Source of the DNA: Erysipelothrix sp.
GTDB lineage: Bacteria; Bacillota_I; Bacilli_A; Erysipelotrichales; Erysipelotrichaceae
Assembly (NCBI GenBank): GCA_012727815.1
Contig: JAAYGI010000068.1
Location: 7,404-71,403 of the forward strand
DNA: 64,000 bases
Direction of reading: 5' to 3'
Translations under genes and position numbers: made by a program
Shown: one piece after another, positions 52,777 to 62,994 of the stretch
How the letters are laid out: each line of letters begins with the position of its first letter
Numbering within the stretch: the first letter of the stretch is position 1
The notes under the pieces: generated by a model
What the model saw: only the letters and a program-made list of their open reading frames with translations
Told to the model about the DNA's origin: nothing
Database searches by the model: none

Positions 52777-53103
52777 GTGGCAACACAACTAAAAAAAGGA
52801 ACATTCGAAATATGTTTACTTGCTTTACTCAGTAATAAAGATAGTTATGGATATGAACTAGTAGGACAGTTAAATGAAATTATCGAAGTAAAAGAATCGA
52901 CAATTTATCTCATACTACAACGCTTAGAGAGATCTAAGCAATTAGAATCCTATGTGACTGTTGTTGAAGGTACAGCAAAAGCACGTAAATATTATAGAAT
53001 TACACAAAGTGGAAAAGTATACTATGAAATGCTTTTATCTGAGTGGGACAATTTAGAAAAATTAATACAAAAGTGTATTCAAAAAGGAGCGCAAAATGAC
53101 TAA
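52777..53103 (+). CDS. PadR-family transcriptional regulator
   Basis: QLKKGTFEICLL, DSYGYEL, STIY..L.RL, RKYYRIT..G, EW. Confidence 0.92.
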   Translation: MATQLKKGTFEICLLALLSNKDSYGYELVGQLNEIIEVKESTIYLILQRLERSKQLESYVTVVEGTAKARKYYRITQSGKVYYEMLLSEWDNLEKLIQKCIQKGAQND

Positions 53104-53659
53104 AGAAGAATATTTAAAAAGGTTAAAAGAACAACTTAACTATTATCAAGGTGATCATAGTGAAATAATAAGTAACTATGAAACAATTATTGATGAACTT
53201 ATAGATGAAGGACATACAATGCAGGATGTAATCAGTAAACTGGGGAGACCAGGAATCTTAGCTGATGAAATTGCTGAAGAGTTTGATCTTGTCTATACAG
53301 AAAAAACAATCCAAAAAACAAGTATGCCAGGATGGGCAAAAGTTATACTTATTCTGATGGCACTTATTGTTGTTATTCCTGTGATCCTAAGTATGGTAAT
53401 GGGCTTAGTAGGAACACTTATGAGTATTATTGTTGGTATTATCTTCTTCTTATTTGGTAGAAACTTTACTGGAGGCAGTATTTGGGGAAACTCAATGGGA
53501 TCAGGATATAGAATCTTAGCAACCGGTACATCTATAATGGGTATTATCAGTGCAATAATAATTACATATTTTATTGTCTATCTAGCAACATATATTATTA
53601 GAACAATTGTTAACAATATTAGAAATACTAAAACAGGAGGTACACACAATGCGAAATAA
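53096..53659 (+). CDS. DUF1700/HAAS-domain membrane protein
   Basis: MTKEEYLKRLK...LGRPGILADEI plus TM helices; standard PadR partner. Confidence 0.75.
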   Translation: MTKEEYLKRLKEQLNYYQGDHSEIISNYETIIDELIDEGHTMQDVISKLGRPGILADEIAEEFDLVYTEKTIQKTSMPGWAKVILILMALIVVIPVILSMVMGLVGTLMSIIVGIIFFLFGRNFTGGSIWGNSMGSGYRILATGTSIMGIISAIIITYFIVYLATYIIRTIVNNIRNTKTGGTHNAK

Positions 53660-54470
53660 AAGAATCAATAAAATATTGGGGACCATTCTTGCAATAACAC
53701 TGCCTCTAACAATTATTGGAGTTGTAGCACTAACATTAATGTCACCAGGAAATATGATGGGTAACATGAGCAATAATATGTGGAATAATTCCATGTGGGG
53801 TCATATTAACAATGGTCACATGAATAATGGTGGACATATGGGAAATTCTAATAGTATATCAAGCGATGATAAATACAAAGGAATTACTAAAATTAAAACA
53901 TCAAATATCATATCAGATTTAGAAATTAAACCTTCAGAAAATGATGAGACTTGGGTTGAATACAATGGAAAACGAAATGTTGTATCTCAAGTTAGTGGAA
54001 ATACACTTACTATAAAAGACAAAAGTATGAAAATGTTTGGTATCAACATGAAAGGTCTCAGTGATAAAAATGAGAGAATTGTAATTTATATTAGCTCAGA
54101 AGATATATCATTAGATTTAGAACTAGCAGTAAGTGATACTTATATTTCAAATGTTAAGCTAAGCTCCCTTGAAATTGAAGGTGGTGTCGGTAGAACAAAA
54201 TTAGAAAACATCACAGTTCATAAAGATATTGAAATTTCCGGTGGTATTGGTGAAACAGAACTTATAAATGTTAACAGCAATAAACTGGATATCGAAGTAG
54301 GAGTTGGAAAAATAACAATCAATAAACTAGAAGCTGAAAAGGTAGATATTGATGGAGGTATTGGTTCAATCACCATTAATAATGCAACAATTAAGGATCT
54401 AAAAACAGAAACAGGAATCGGCTCTTTAACAATAAATAACAGCGATATTCAAAATCATAAAAAAGACTGA
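53649..54470 (+). CDS. DUF4097-like beta-repeat membrane-anchored protein
   Basis: Start re-called at MRNKRINK (AGGAGG RBS); TM helix, M/H/N/G-rich linker, repeated GGIGxITI beta units. Confidence 0.75.
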   Translation: MRNKRINKILGTILAITLPLTIIGVVALTLMSPGNMMGNMSNNMWNNSMWGHINNGHMNNGGHMGNSNSISSDDKYKGITKIKTSNIISDLEIKPSENDETWVEYNGKRNVVSQVSGNTLTIKDKSMKMFGINMKGLSDKNERIVIYISSEDISLDLELAVSDTYISNVKLSSLEIEGGVGRTKLENITVHKDIEISGGIGETELINVNSNKLDIEVGVGKITINKLEAEKVDIDGGIGSITINNATIKDLKTETGIGSLTINNSDIQNHKKD

Positions 54471-54571
54471 ATCTTAGGGAAGATTTTCACGAATTAAAGG
54501 TCAAAGTTCTTGGGCGTTTTCCTTCGGTTTTTCCATAAAAGTATTATACTTTAGTTGAAAGAAGGTAGATT

Positions 54572-55924
54572 ATGAAAACAGTAGTAATTGGATGTACACA
54601 TGCTGGGACATCAGCAGTTAAATCCATATTAAAAAACAATCCTGGTAATGAAGTTATCGTTTTCGAAAGAAATGACAACGTATCATTCCTATCTTGCGGT
54701 ATCGCATTATATATCGGTGGCGTTGTAAAAGATGCACAAAGCTTATTTTATTCAAACCCTGAAGAATTAGCATCACTAGGTGCTAAAATTAACATGGAAC
54801 ATGATGTTCTAGAAATTGATGAAGTTGCTAAAACAGTAACAGTTAAAAACTTAAAAACTAATGAAACATTTGTAGAATCATATGACAAACTGGTACTTAC
54901 AACAGGATCATGGCCAATTGAGCCACCAATTCCTGGTGTTGAAGCAGAAAACATTTTACTATGTAAAAACTACAACCAAGCACAAGAAATTATTGAACGT
55001 AAAAATGACGCTCAAAATGTTGTAATTGTTGGTGGTGGATACATTGGTATTGAACTTGTAGAAGCATTCTACGATTCAGGTAAAAATGTAACATTGATTG
55101 ATGGACTAGATAGAATTCTTAATAAATATCTTGATAAAGAATTTACAGATATTCTTGAAGATGATTTCAGAGATAAAGGAATTACACTTGCACTTAACCA
55201 AACAGTAAGTTCATTTGCAAAACATGAAAATGGTAAAGTTAAATCTGTAAGTACACCTGAGGCAACATTTGATGCTGACCTTGTTATTATGTGTGTAGGA
55301 TTTAGACCAAGTAATGAACTTGTTAAAGGTAAAGTAGATATGTTACCAAATGGTGCTGTTAAAGTTAATGACTACATGCAAACATCGAACAAAGATATTT
55401 ATGCAGCAGGTGATAACGTAGCAGTACACTATAACCCAACACAAGACCACTCATACATCCCACTAGCAACAAATGCAGTACGTATGGGAACATTGGTAGG
55501 GTTAAATATTAATGAGCACAAAGTTGCTTATAGAGGTACACAAGGTACATCAGGATTATACTTATTTGGTTATAACATCGGATCAACAGGATTAACTGCA
55601 AACAGTGCAGAACACTTTGGTATTGAATACGACAGTGTACTTGTTGAAGATAACTATAGACCAGAATTTATGCCAACAACAGAAAAAATTCTAATGAAAC
55701 TTGTATATCGTAAAGATAACAATCAAATTATTGGTGGACAACTAATATCTAAATATGATATTACACAATCTGCAAATACATTGTCATTAGCAATTCAAAA
55801 TAAAATGACGGTAGAAGACTTAGCATTTGTTGACTTCTTCTTCCAACCTTACTTTGATAGACCTTGGAACTACTTGAACATTCTTGCTCAAGCAGCTCTA
55901 GATAAAATTAATAAGGTGAAATAG
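54572..55924 (+). CDS. nox: H2O-forming NADH oxidase
   Basis: IGCTHAG, SFLSCG (redox Cys), GGGYIGIE, YIPLATNA, DFFFQP. Confidence 0.92.
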   Translation: MKTVVIGCTHAGTSAVKSILKNNPGNEVIVFERNDNVSFLSCGIALYIGGVVKDAQSLFYSNPEELASLGAKINMEHDVLEIDEVAKTVTVKNLKTNETFVESYDKLVLTTGSWPIEPPIPGVEAENILLCKNYNQAQEIIERKNDAQNVVIVGGGYIGIELVEAFYDSGKNVTLIDGLDRILNKYLDKEFTDILEDDFRDKGITLALNQTVSSFAKHENGKVKSVSTPEATFDADLVIMCVGFRPSNELVKGKVDMLPNGAVKVNDYMQTSNKDIYAAGDNVAVHYNPTQDHSYIPLATNAVRMGTLVGLNINEHKVAYRGTQGTSGLYLFGYNIGSTGLTANSAEHFGIEYDSVLVEDNYRPEFMPTTEKILMKLVYRKDNNQIIGGQLISKYDITQSANTLSLAIQNKMTVEDLAFVDFFFQPYFDRPWNYLNILAQAALDKINKVK

Positions 55925-55928
55925 TAAA

Positions 55929-55955
55929 TGAAAACGAGTCTCGCGACTCGTTTTT
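55929..55955. terminator. bidirectional terminator between nox and rarA
   Basis: AAAACGAGTC-TCGC-GACTCGTTTT. Confidence 0.75.
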
Positions 55956-57199
55956 TATTTTTTTAGTGCTCTTAAATTTGATGATCTTTTAATTGCTTTT
56001 AACTTTGCATAGTTTTCTGCATATGCTTTTTCTGCAGAATTTATATTTCCTGGGGAATAAAAAGATTTGTCTTTCAAACCATCGGGAAGATATTGTATCT
56101 TATGCCATAGATCGTGCCGCTCATAATCATACATGTCTTCATCATCCACACCTACTGCATTTAATCTTAAATATTTTGGTGTTTGATATGCTGTTGTTCT
56201 GATTATCTCAAGCGCATTGTCGATTGCATACTCTGCGCTTTTAGACTTTGGGCTTAAAGCACACTCAATAACAGCAAGGGAAAGAGGAAGTCTGGCTTCA
56301 GGAAATCCAATGATTCTGGCGGCTGTAATCGCATTAACAGTTCGTGCTACAACAGCAGGATTTGCAAGCCCAACATCTTCATATGCGATAGCAAGAAGTC
56401 GTCTTTCGATAGAATCCAAATCACCAACTTCGATGAGCTTGGCTAAATAATAAAGGGCAGCATCAACATCGCTTCCTCTAATAGACTTTTGAAAACCGGA
56501 GAGTGTATCGTGATAATTGTCACTGTCTTTATCCATCGAAATATTTATCGAAAGACTCAGTTTTTGTAAGTGATCAATTGTAATGTGAGATTCCATATTT
56601 GCATTGATCAGCAAATCTAAAGCATTTATTGCGAAACGAGCATCACCATTACTTTGTGTAGCAATGGTACTTAGAACATTATAATCGACAGTCTTACCTT
56701 GCAATATATCAAGGGCACGTTTCAAAACATCAATGATATCTTGATCCGTAAGTGGCAGGAATTCAAATAAATGAACCCTTGATCGAATCGCAGGATTGAT
56801 TGAAAAATAAGGATTTGCAGTAGTTGCCCCAATCATTGTTATAAGACCACTTTCAATATGCGGTAAAAGAGCATCCTGAATCCCTTTATTCATTCTATGT
56901 ACTTCATCAATAATGACAACAAGTCCAGAACTTATTTCAGCTTCAACAAATAACTGGTCCAACTTTTTTTTATTATCACTTACTGCATTAAAAAGCCTAA
57001 AAGGTCTGTTTAAAGAATTGGCTACAGCCATTGCAGCGGTTGTTTTCCCAGTTCCTGGCGGACCAAAAAAAATCATAGACTGAATGTGTTTATTATTCAC
57101 CATGTTTCTTAATGTTTGGTTTTCACCTAATAAATGTTTTTGACCTATTATTTCATCAATATTATCAGGTCTAACTTTAAAAGCTAATGGTTTATTCAT
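55955..57199 (-). CDS. rarA: replication-associated recombination protein A (MgsA)
   Basis: PLAFKVRP, GPPGTGKTT, IDEVHR, GATTANP, KSIRGSD, EDVGLA. Confidence 0.95.
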   Translation of the reverse strand: MNKPLAFKVRPDNIDEIIGQKHLLGENQTLRNMVNNKHIQSMIFFGPPGTGKTTAAMAVANSLNRPFRLFNAVSDNKKKLDQLFVEAEISSGLVVIIDEVHRMNKGIQDALLPHIESGLITMIGATTANPYFSINPAIRSRVHLFEFLPLTDQDIIDVLKRALDILQGKTVDYNVLSTIATQSNGDARFAINALDLLINANMESHITIDHLQKLSLSINISMDKDSDNYHDTLSGFQKSIRGSDVDAALYYLAKLIEVGDLDSIERRLLAIAYEDVGLANPAVVARTVNAITAARIIGFPEARLPLSLAVIECALSPKSKSAEYAIDNALEIIRTTAYQTPKYLRLNAVGVDDEDMYDYERHDLWHKIQYLPDGLKDKSFYSPGNINSAEKAYAENYAKLKAIKRSSNLRALKK

Positions 57200-57254
57200 A
57201 GTATCACCTGTTCATATTGTATCATGTAATGATAGAATAAGGGTGAGGTGTATT

Positions 57255-57710
57255 ATGAAAATAGTTATACAAAAAGTTAAAGAAGCAAAAGTTATCGTTG
57301 ATGAAAAAATTGTGGGGGAAATAGGACTGGGCTATTGCTTGTTGGTAGGGATAGAAAAGAGTGACACATTGCCCGGTATTAAAAGAGCGGCAGATAAGAT
57401 TACGACACTAAGACTCTTTGATGATAAAGAAGGTAAGATAAATCTTAGTATAAAAGATGTAGAAGGATCTATCTTATCAATCTCACAATTCACACTTGCA
57501 GGAGACATCAAAAAAGGAAATAGACCAAGTTTTACAAATGCAATGTCTCCTGATATAGCAAATGAATTATATGAATCATTCAATAAATATCTAGAGGATA
57601 ATGGTATAAAAGTAGAAAAAGGTATATTTCAAACACATATGAATGTAATAATTAATAATGATGGACCAATTACGATGATTATGGAAGTCAAAGATGGCAA
57701 GGTATTATAA
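57255..57710 (+). CDS. dtd: D-aminoacyl-tRNA deacylase
   Basis: MKIVIQKV, SQFTL, KGNRPSF, NDGPIT. Confidence 0.95.
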   Translation: MKIVIQKVKEAKVIVDEKIVGEIGLGYCLLVGIEKSDTLPGIKRAADKITTLRLFDDKEGKINLSIKDVEGSILSISQFTLAGDIKKGNRPSFTNAMSPDIANELYESFNKYLEDNGIKVEKGIFQTHMNVIINNDGPITMIMEVKDGKVL

Positions 57711-57746
57711 CTTATGATAAAATATACAGGTTATTAGGAGGTAGTC

Positions 57747-58592
57747 ATGACAAAGATACTAGATGGATTTATTACTGCTAAACAATGAAGATTGGCTATT
57801 AAAGAAAAAGTTGATAAACTCATAAAAGAAAAGAAACGTGTACCAGGTCTTGCAGTTGTAATTGTTGGGGAAGATCCTGCATCAAAGACATACGTTGCAA
57901 GTAAGACAAAACTTTCCCAAGAGATAGGTTTTAAATCTGAGACGATTGCTTTTGATGTTGATATATCACAAGAGTCTTTAATAAAAGAAATTGAACTGTT
58001 AAATAGTAACCCAGATATCGATGGTATTCTTGTACAATTACCTTTACCTAATCATATAAATGAGGACGCTGTTATCGACAGTATCTCACCACTTAAAGAT
58101 GTAGATGGATTACACCCTTTAAATGTTGGTTACTTAGAACTTAATAAAGCGAATATGATACCTTGTACTCCTAAAGGGATAATGACACTGCTTGATACTT
58201 ATAATATTGAGTTAGAAGGTAAAAGAGCCCTTGTTATTGGACGTAGTAGACTTGTAGGTAAACCAATATCTACACTGCTATTACAAAGAAATGCAACGGT
58301 AACAACAGCACACTCAAGAACAAAAAATTTAGATAAACTCATTCAAGATAATGATATTATCGTTGTAGCAATCGGACAAAGAGAATTCATTAAAGCCTCA
58401 CAACTTAATGAAAACCATGTATTAATAGATGTTGGTATTCATAGACACGAAGGTAAACTTTGTGGTGATGTTGAAAAGGCTGCTTATAGTAAAGTAGCAT
58501 ATGCAACACCTGTTCCAAAAGGAGTAGGTCCTATGACCATTGCTTCATTACTGGAGAACACATATGAAGCATACAGATTGAAGGAGTTATAA
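57747..58592 (+). pseudogene. folD: methylenetetrahydrofolate dehydrogenase/cyclohydrolase with an in-frame TGA at codon 14
   Basis: AGGAGG RBS, then MTKILDGFITAKQ*RLAIKEKV; the remainder is intact (GILVQLPLP, KDVDGLH, PCTPKG, GRSRLVGKP, TPVPKGVGPMT). Confidence 0.75.
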
Positions 58593-58593
58593 A

Positions 58594-58794
58594 ATGAAGT
58601 TTGAATATGGTTTGGGTGATATAGTTCAAATGAAAAAAGATCATCCATGTAAAAAATCAAAAACATTTGAAATTGTTAGAATGGGTGCAGATATTAAGAT
58701 TGAATGCGAAGGATGTGGCGCAATCATTATGTTATCTCGCACGAATTTTGAAAAGAGATTGAAAAAAGTTATTCGAAGGAAAGAGGAAAATTAA
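58594..58794 (+). CDS. DUF951 (YyzM-like) protein
   Basis: GDIVQMKKDHPC, RMGADIKIECEGCG; upstream of ychF. Confidence 0.88.
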   Translation: MKFEYGLGDIVQMKKDHPCKKSKTFEIVRMGADIKIECEGCGAIIMLSRTNFEKRLKKVIRRKEEN

Positions 58795-59891
58795 TGTCAT
58801 TAACAGCAGGAATAGTAGGATTACCAAACGTAGGTAAATCTACATTATTTAATGCGATTACAAAATCGCAAGTAGAAGCAGCAAACTATCCGTTTGCAAC
58901 AATTGCTCCAAACGTAGGAGTTGTTAAAGTAAAGGATAATAGACTTGAAGATATTCGTGAAAAAATTGAATCAACAAAACTAATTCCAACAACATTTGAA
59001 TTCACAGATATTGCAGGCCTTGTAAAAGGAGCATCACAAGGTGAAGGACTTGGAAACCAGTTCTTATCAAACATTAGAGAAGTAGATGCTATTATTCACG
59101 TAGTACGTTGTTTCGATAATGAAGATATCACACACGTATCAGGTAGAGTAGATCCAATCGATGATATTGAAATCATTGAAATTGAATTAATGTTAGCAGA
59201 CTTACAAAGTGTTGATAACAGATTAAAAAGAGTTGGAAACAAAGCAAATCTTGATGCAGATACAAAAGCAGAAGTTGCAATGTTAAACAAAGCAAAAGTA
59301 GTGCTTGAGGACAACAAGCCACTTACTACTTTAAGCCTGACAGATGAAGAAAAGGAAATTGCAAAGACATTCCACTTCTTAACATTAAAGCCAATGATCT
59401 ATGCTGCAAACATTGATGAAGACTCAATTACAGATGCAGACAGCAACAGACATTACCAAGCAGTAAAAGCATATGCTGAAGAAAATGGTAAATCAGTTGT
59501 TTGGTTAAGTGCAAAAGTAGAAGAAGATTTATCTTCTTTAGAAGATGATGAAAAGAAAGAATTCTTATCAGATTTAGGTGTTGAAGAAAGTGGACTAGAC
59601 TTACTAGTAACAAGAGCTTATGACATCTTAAACCTAAGAACTTTCTTTACAGCAGGTCCATTAGAGATCAGAGCATGGACATTCAAAGAAGGTATGAAAG
59701 CACCACAATGTGCTGGAGTTATCCATACAGACTTTGAAAGAGGATTTATTCGTGCAGAAACATTTAGCTATAAAGATCTTATGGAATATGGATCAGAGCT
59801 AGGTGTTAAAGAAGCAGGAAGATTACGCCTTGAAGGTAAAGACTATGTTGTTGAAGATGGCGACATCATGCACTTTAGATTCAACGTTTAA
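58794..59891 (+). CDS. ychF: redox-regulated ATPase YchF
   Basis: [58 protein letters not shown]. Confidence 0.97.
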   Translation: MSLTAGIVGLPNVGKSTLFNAITKSQVEAANYPFATIAPNVGVVKVKDNRLEDIREKIESTKLIPTTFEFTDIAGLVKGASQGEGLGNQFLSNIREVDAIIHVVRCFDNEDITHVSGRVDPIDDIEIIEIELMLADLQSVDNRLKRVGNKANLDADTKAEVAMLNKAKVVLEDNKPLTTLSLTDEEKEIAKTFHFLTLKPMIYAANIDEDSITDADSNRHYQAVKAYAEENGKSVVWLSAKVEEDLSSLEDDEKKEFLSDLGVEESGLDLLVTRAYDILNLRTFFTAGPLEIRAWTFKEGMKAPQCAGVIHTDFERGFIRAETFSYKDLMEYGSELGVKEAGRLRLEGKDYVVEDGDIMHFRFNV

Positions 59892-59938
59892 TATACAATA
59901 AATATCTAGTATTAAATATATACTAAGAGGAGTTATAT

Positions 59939-60103
59939 ATGAAAGATTCAAAAAGAGTCTCAACTATTAGATTTCTATTATTAATCGCAGCTTTAGTTCT
60001 TGTTTATATAATTTCTAAACAATTAAATGATAAGCCAAGATTTTTTGTATATGCGATCACAACAATTATTGTGCTCAATGTTAATATTAAAGATACTAAA
60101 TAA
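59939..60103 (+). CDS. 54-aa two-TM small membrane protein
   Basis: AGAGGAG RBS; MKDSKRVSTIRFLLLIAALVLVYIISKQLNDKPRFFVYAITTIIVLNVNIKDTK*; followed by the hairpin AAGGAAGCTA..TAGCTTCCTTTT. Confidence 0.6.
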   Translation: MKDSKRVSTIRFLLLIAALVLVYIISKQLNDKPRFFVYAITTIIVLNVNIKDTK

Positions 60104-60370
60104 GCCATTAACTTCATGTTTTAGGTTATATAGATTTTGAAAGGAAGCTATTATGTATAGCTTCCTTTTTATATATAGAAAACTCAGTGAAGATATGCTT
60201 TTCTGCGAATATAGTTTTGTCGGAGCAGCAGATGGTTTTATAAAAGGGTAAATTCATTAGAAGCGCTTTGTAAGATATTGAAATCATCCATTAAATTAAG
60301 ATATATGGTATTAATCCATGCACTTGTTTTTAACGTATGATATAATGAAACTATAAAAGGAGGTAAATCT

Positions 60371-60694
60371 ATGAAATTAGTACTCGCAATTGTAGCAAAT
60401 GATGATGCATCAAGTGTTACGTCAAGTTTAAACAATGAGAACTTTACGGTTACGCGTTTGGCAACAACTGGTGGTTTCTTAAAAGCTGGAAACACAACAA
60501 TTATTGTTGGTGTCGAAGCCAGTGAAGTAGATAGATGTCTAGAAATTCTTGAAAGAGAATGTGAGAAACGTACAGAAGTTGTACCATCAAGTGCATCTTA
60601 CGACATGGGACGATTCGCTTCGTTTCCAATAGAAGTACAAGTTGGAGGGGCAACAGTATTTGTTATTGATGTGGAACAATTCCACAAACTATAA
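60371..60694 (+). CDS. darA: PII-like cyclic-di-AMP receptor (DarA/PstA)
   Basis: MKLVLAIV..DDA, TRLATTGGFLKAGNTT, VGGATVFV. Confidence 0.92.
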   Translation: MKLVLAIVANDDASSVTSSLNNENFTVTRLATTGGFLKAGNTTIIVGVEASEVDRCLEILERECEKRTEVVPSSASYDMGRFASFPIEVQVGGATVFVIDVEQFHKL

Positions 60695-60730
60695 GACCTC
60701 TTAGAGGTCTTTTTTAAAGGAGAGAAGACA

Positions 60731-61240
60731 ATGCAAGAAACATACATGATGATAAAACCTGATGGTTTTGAACATCGCGAAGCAATATATAAATTTTTAA
60801 AAGAAAAAGGTCTTATAGTTAAGAACTACAAAGAAGTCAAAACAAATATGGAAGTTATGAAACTTTTACTTTCTCATTATGAAACAGTAATAGATGAAAA
60901 AGGTAAAGACTTTGATTTTGTGGGAAGACTATTCAACTCATTCTATTTTGGTGATTTCAATATTGTTCCAATGCACATTCAATACGATGGAGAAGAAGAC
61001 ATCATTGAATACACAAGAAGACTTGTAGGTAAAACTAATCCTCAAGCAGCGGCAGAAGGAACTATTAGACATATGTTTTCTAATGATAACTATGATCTTG
61101 CAGGAATTGACCACAGACTTGTTAATAATGTAATTCATGCTTCAGATTCAAATGAAAGCGCGAAAAAAGAACTGGGAATATGGAAAGACTATATTGATTA
61201 CTTCGATACAGAGTTTATCGAGAAAGTAATTATGCTATAA
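60731..61240 (+). CDS. ndk: nucleoside-diphosphate kinase (divergent)
   Basis: TYMMIKPDG, RRLVGKTNP..A..GTIR, NVIHASDS (catalytic His). Confidence 0.85.
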   Translation: MQETYMMIKPDGFEHREAIYKFLKEKGLIVKNYKEVKTNMEVMKLLLSHYETVIDEKGKDFDFVGRLFNSFYFGDFNIVPMHIQYDGEEDIIEYTRRLVGKTNPQAAAEGTIRHMFSNDNYDLAGIDHRLVNNVIHASDSNESAKKELGIWKDYIDYFDTEFIEKVIML

Positions 61241-61263
61241 AAAAAACAATAAAGGAGTCAGTT

Positions 61264-61608
61264 ATGGCAAAATTTGTAAAAGAATTCAAAGGTGATTTTG
61301 AGAAGTTTGTACAGTATGCAGAAGATTGCGTAAGAGGCGGCAGTGTTTCAGCAAATCTAGAAAATTCAGATGACTATACTGTGAATGGGACTAAAGTAGC
61401 AGTAAGAGTCTTTGAGCGTTATAGTGCTATTGGTAGTAATCGTGTCAGTCTGAATCTTACAATTGTTGGATCAGGTGATATGATACACTTTAGTGCAATA
61501 ACGTCTGGTGGTTCTCAAGCAATGTTTTTTAAAATCAATACTTTTGGGGAAGAGAGTTTCTTACATAAATTTGAAGATTGTGTAGAAAAATACCTTAAGC
61601 ACTATTAA
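61264..61608 (+). CDS. conserved hypothetical protein (DUF6054-like)
   Basis: AAGGAG RBS; VFERYS..GSNRVSL, ITSGGSQAMFFKINTFGEESF. Confidence 0.65.
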   Translation: MAKFVKEFKGDFEKFVQYAEDCVRGGSVSANLENSDDYTVNGTKVAVRVFERYSAIGSNRVSLNLTIVGSGDMIHFSAITSGGSQAMFFKINTFGEESFLHKFEDCVEKYLKHY

Positions 61609-61682
61609 GATTCAAACATACAAAAACCCTCTAGAGTAATGATAATCCTTAATAGGAAATCATCATACTTAGAGGGTTATTT

Positions 61683-62825
61683 TTATTTCTTAGTATAGTA
61701 TCGAATGTGATTCTCGATATGTGATAATACAAATGGACCTTTATCATTACTTGTATCAAGTTCTAATAAACTGCCATCTGTTGGATATGAGAAGTTAAAT
61801 ATTTTTTCATATGTATCTATATCTACTTTAGTACGACTATCTAAATCTTCTAAATGACTTGGATATAGATGCTTTTGATAACCATCAACAGTTCTCATAC
61901 TGTAAAATTCAGCAACAGAACCTGATCCATAACTATAAAGTCCAATGCGTTCATTAGATGCTAAAGTTTTAGAATCTAATAAAGAAATAAGACTTAGGAA
62001 TAGTGAACCTGTGTATATATTACCAATACGTCTGTTATATGTTGTTGATTTAAGATAAGTATCAATTTTATCTTGATCATCTGTAATTGACTGTAAAGCT
62101 TTTAATCCTATTTTTGTATAAGGAATATGGAAGAGGTGCGCTTTAAAGTCATCAATAGTTCTACCTGTTTCATTTAAATAATTATTATATGTAACATCGA
62201 AGAATCTTTGGTATTGTTCATTTGAGTATTTACCATCAACCATTGCTACACGACTATAGTTAGGTCTCCAAAAGTCCATGACATCATCTGTGAAATAACT
62301 GGATTCATCTTCTAAGATCAGTAGTTTTGGATCTCTACTCATGACAATAGCAACAGCACCCGCACCCTGTGTTGGTTCCCCTGCTGTATGGAGTCCATAT
62401 CTTGATATATCAGCCATAACAATCAAGACTCTTTTATCGGGATTGGATGCGATATGTGACTTAGCTAGTTGGATTGCCGCTGTACCTGAGTAGCATGCCT
62501 CTTTAAGCTCTATACAACGCGCAAAGGGTTGTATATCGAGTAAATGTCTAACATATACAGATAATGCTTTAGAATAGTCTAAACCTGTCTCTGTTGCAAA
62601 TAGTACTAAATCAATAGAGTCTAAATCATGTGTGTCTAAAATTTTTATAGCAGCATTCGCAGCCATTGTTACAGGATCTTGTGTAGGATTTGAGATGGCC
62701 ATTTCGTCTTGACCCAAACCTATAGTATACTTATTAGGATCCGTATCCCGATGGTGTGCGAGCTCTTTCATATCAATGTATTGGTTTGGAGAGTAAAAAC
62801 TGATTTTATCTAAACCTATATTCAT
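61683..62825 (-). CDS. mvaS: hydroxymethylglutaryl-CoA synthase
   Basis: MNIGLDKI, ELKEACYSGT (catalytic Cys), GEPTQGAGAVA, DFWRP, GNIYTGSL, SYGSG. Confidence 0.95.
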   Translation of the reverse strand: MNIGLDKISFYSPNQYIDMKELAHHRDTDPNKYTIGLGQDEMAISNPTQDPVTMAANAAIKILDTHDLDSIDLVLFATETGLDYSKALSVYVRHLLDIQPFARCIELKEACYSGTAAIQLAKSHIASNPDKRVLIVMADISRYGLHTAGEPTQGAGAVAIVMSRDPKLLILEDESSYFTDDVMDFWRPNYSRVAMVDGKYSNEQYQRFFDVTYNNYLNETGRTIDDFKAHLFHIPYTKIGLKALQSITDDQDKIDTYLKSTTYNRRIGNIYTGSLFLSLISLLDSKTLASNERIGLYSYGSGSVAEFYSMRTVDGYQKHLYPSHLEDLDSRTKVDIDTYEKIFNFSYPTDGSLLELDTSNDKGPFVLSHIENHIRYYTKK

Positions 62826-62994
62826 AAAAATCACTCCTTCAATTGCTTATCTATTATACATGAATAAGATATAAATATCATGTTAATTAAATTGCTAAAT
62901 ATGTGAAGTGGTGGAAAACATGCAGTATAACGTTTGTATTAATTACAATTACATCAATAAGGGGTATAATACAAATTACATAAGAGGAGATTAT

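Noticed and set aside
54474-54492. Rex-like operator (TAGGGAAGATTTTCACGA) upstream of nox
   Set aside because: Three mismatches to TTGTGAA-N4-TTCACAA. It is biologically plausible but too weak to call without a scan.
57786-57788. UGA=Trp recoding (Mycoplasma code) or selenocysteine in folD
   Set aside because: TGA serves as a normal stop elsewhere in the window, Trp is encoded by TGG, and the position is neither Trp nor Cys in FolD homologs.
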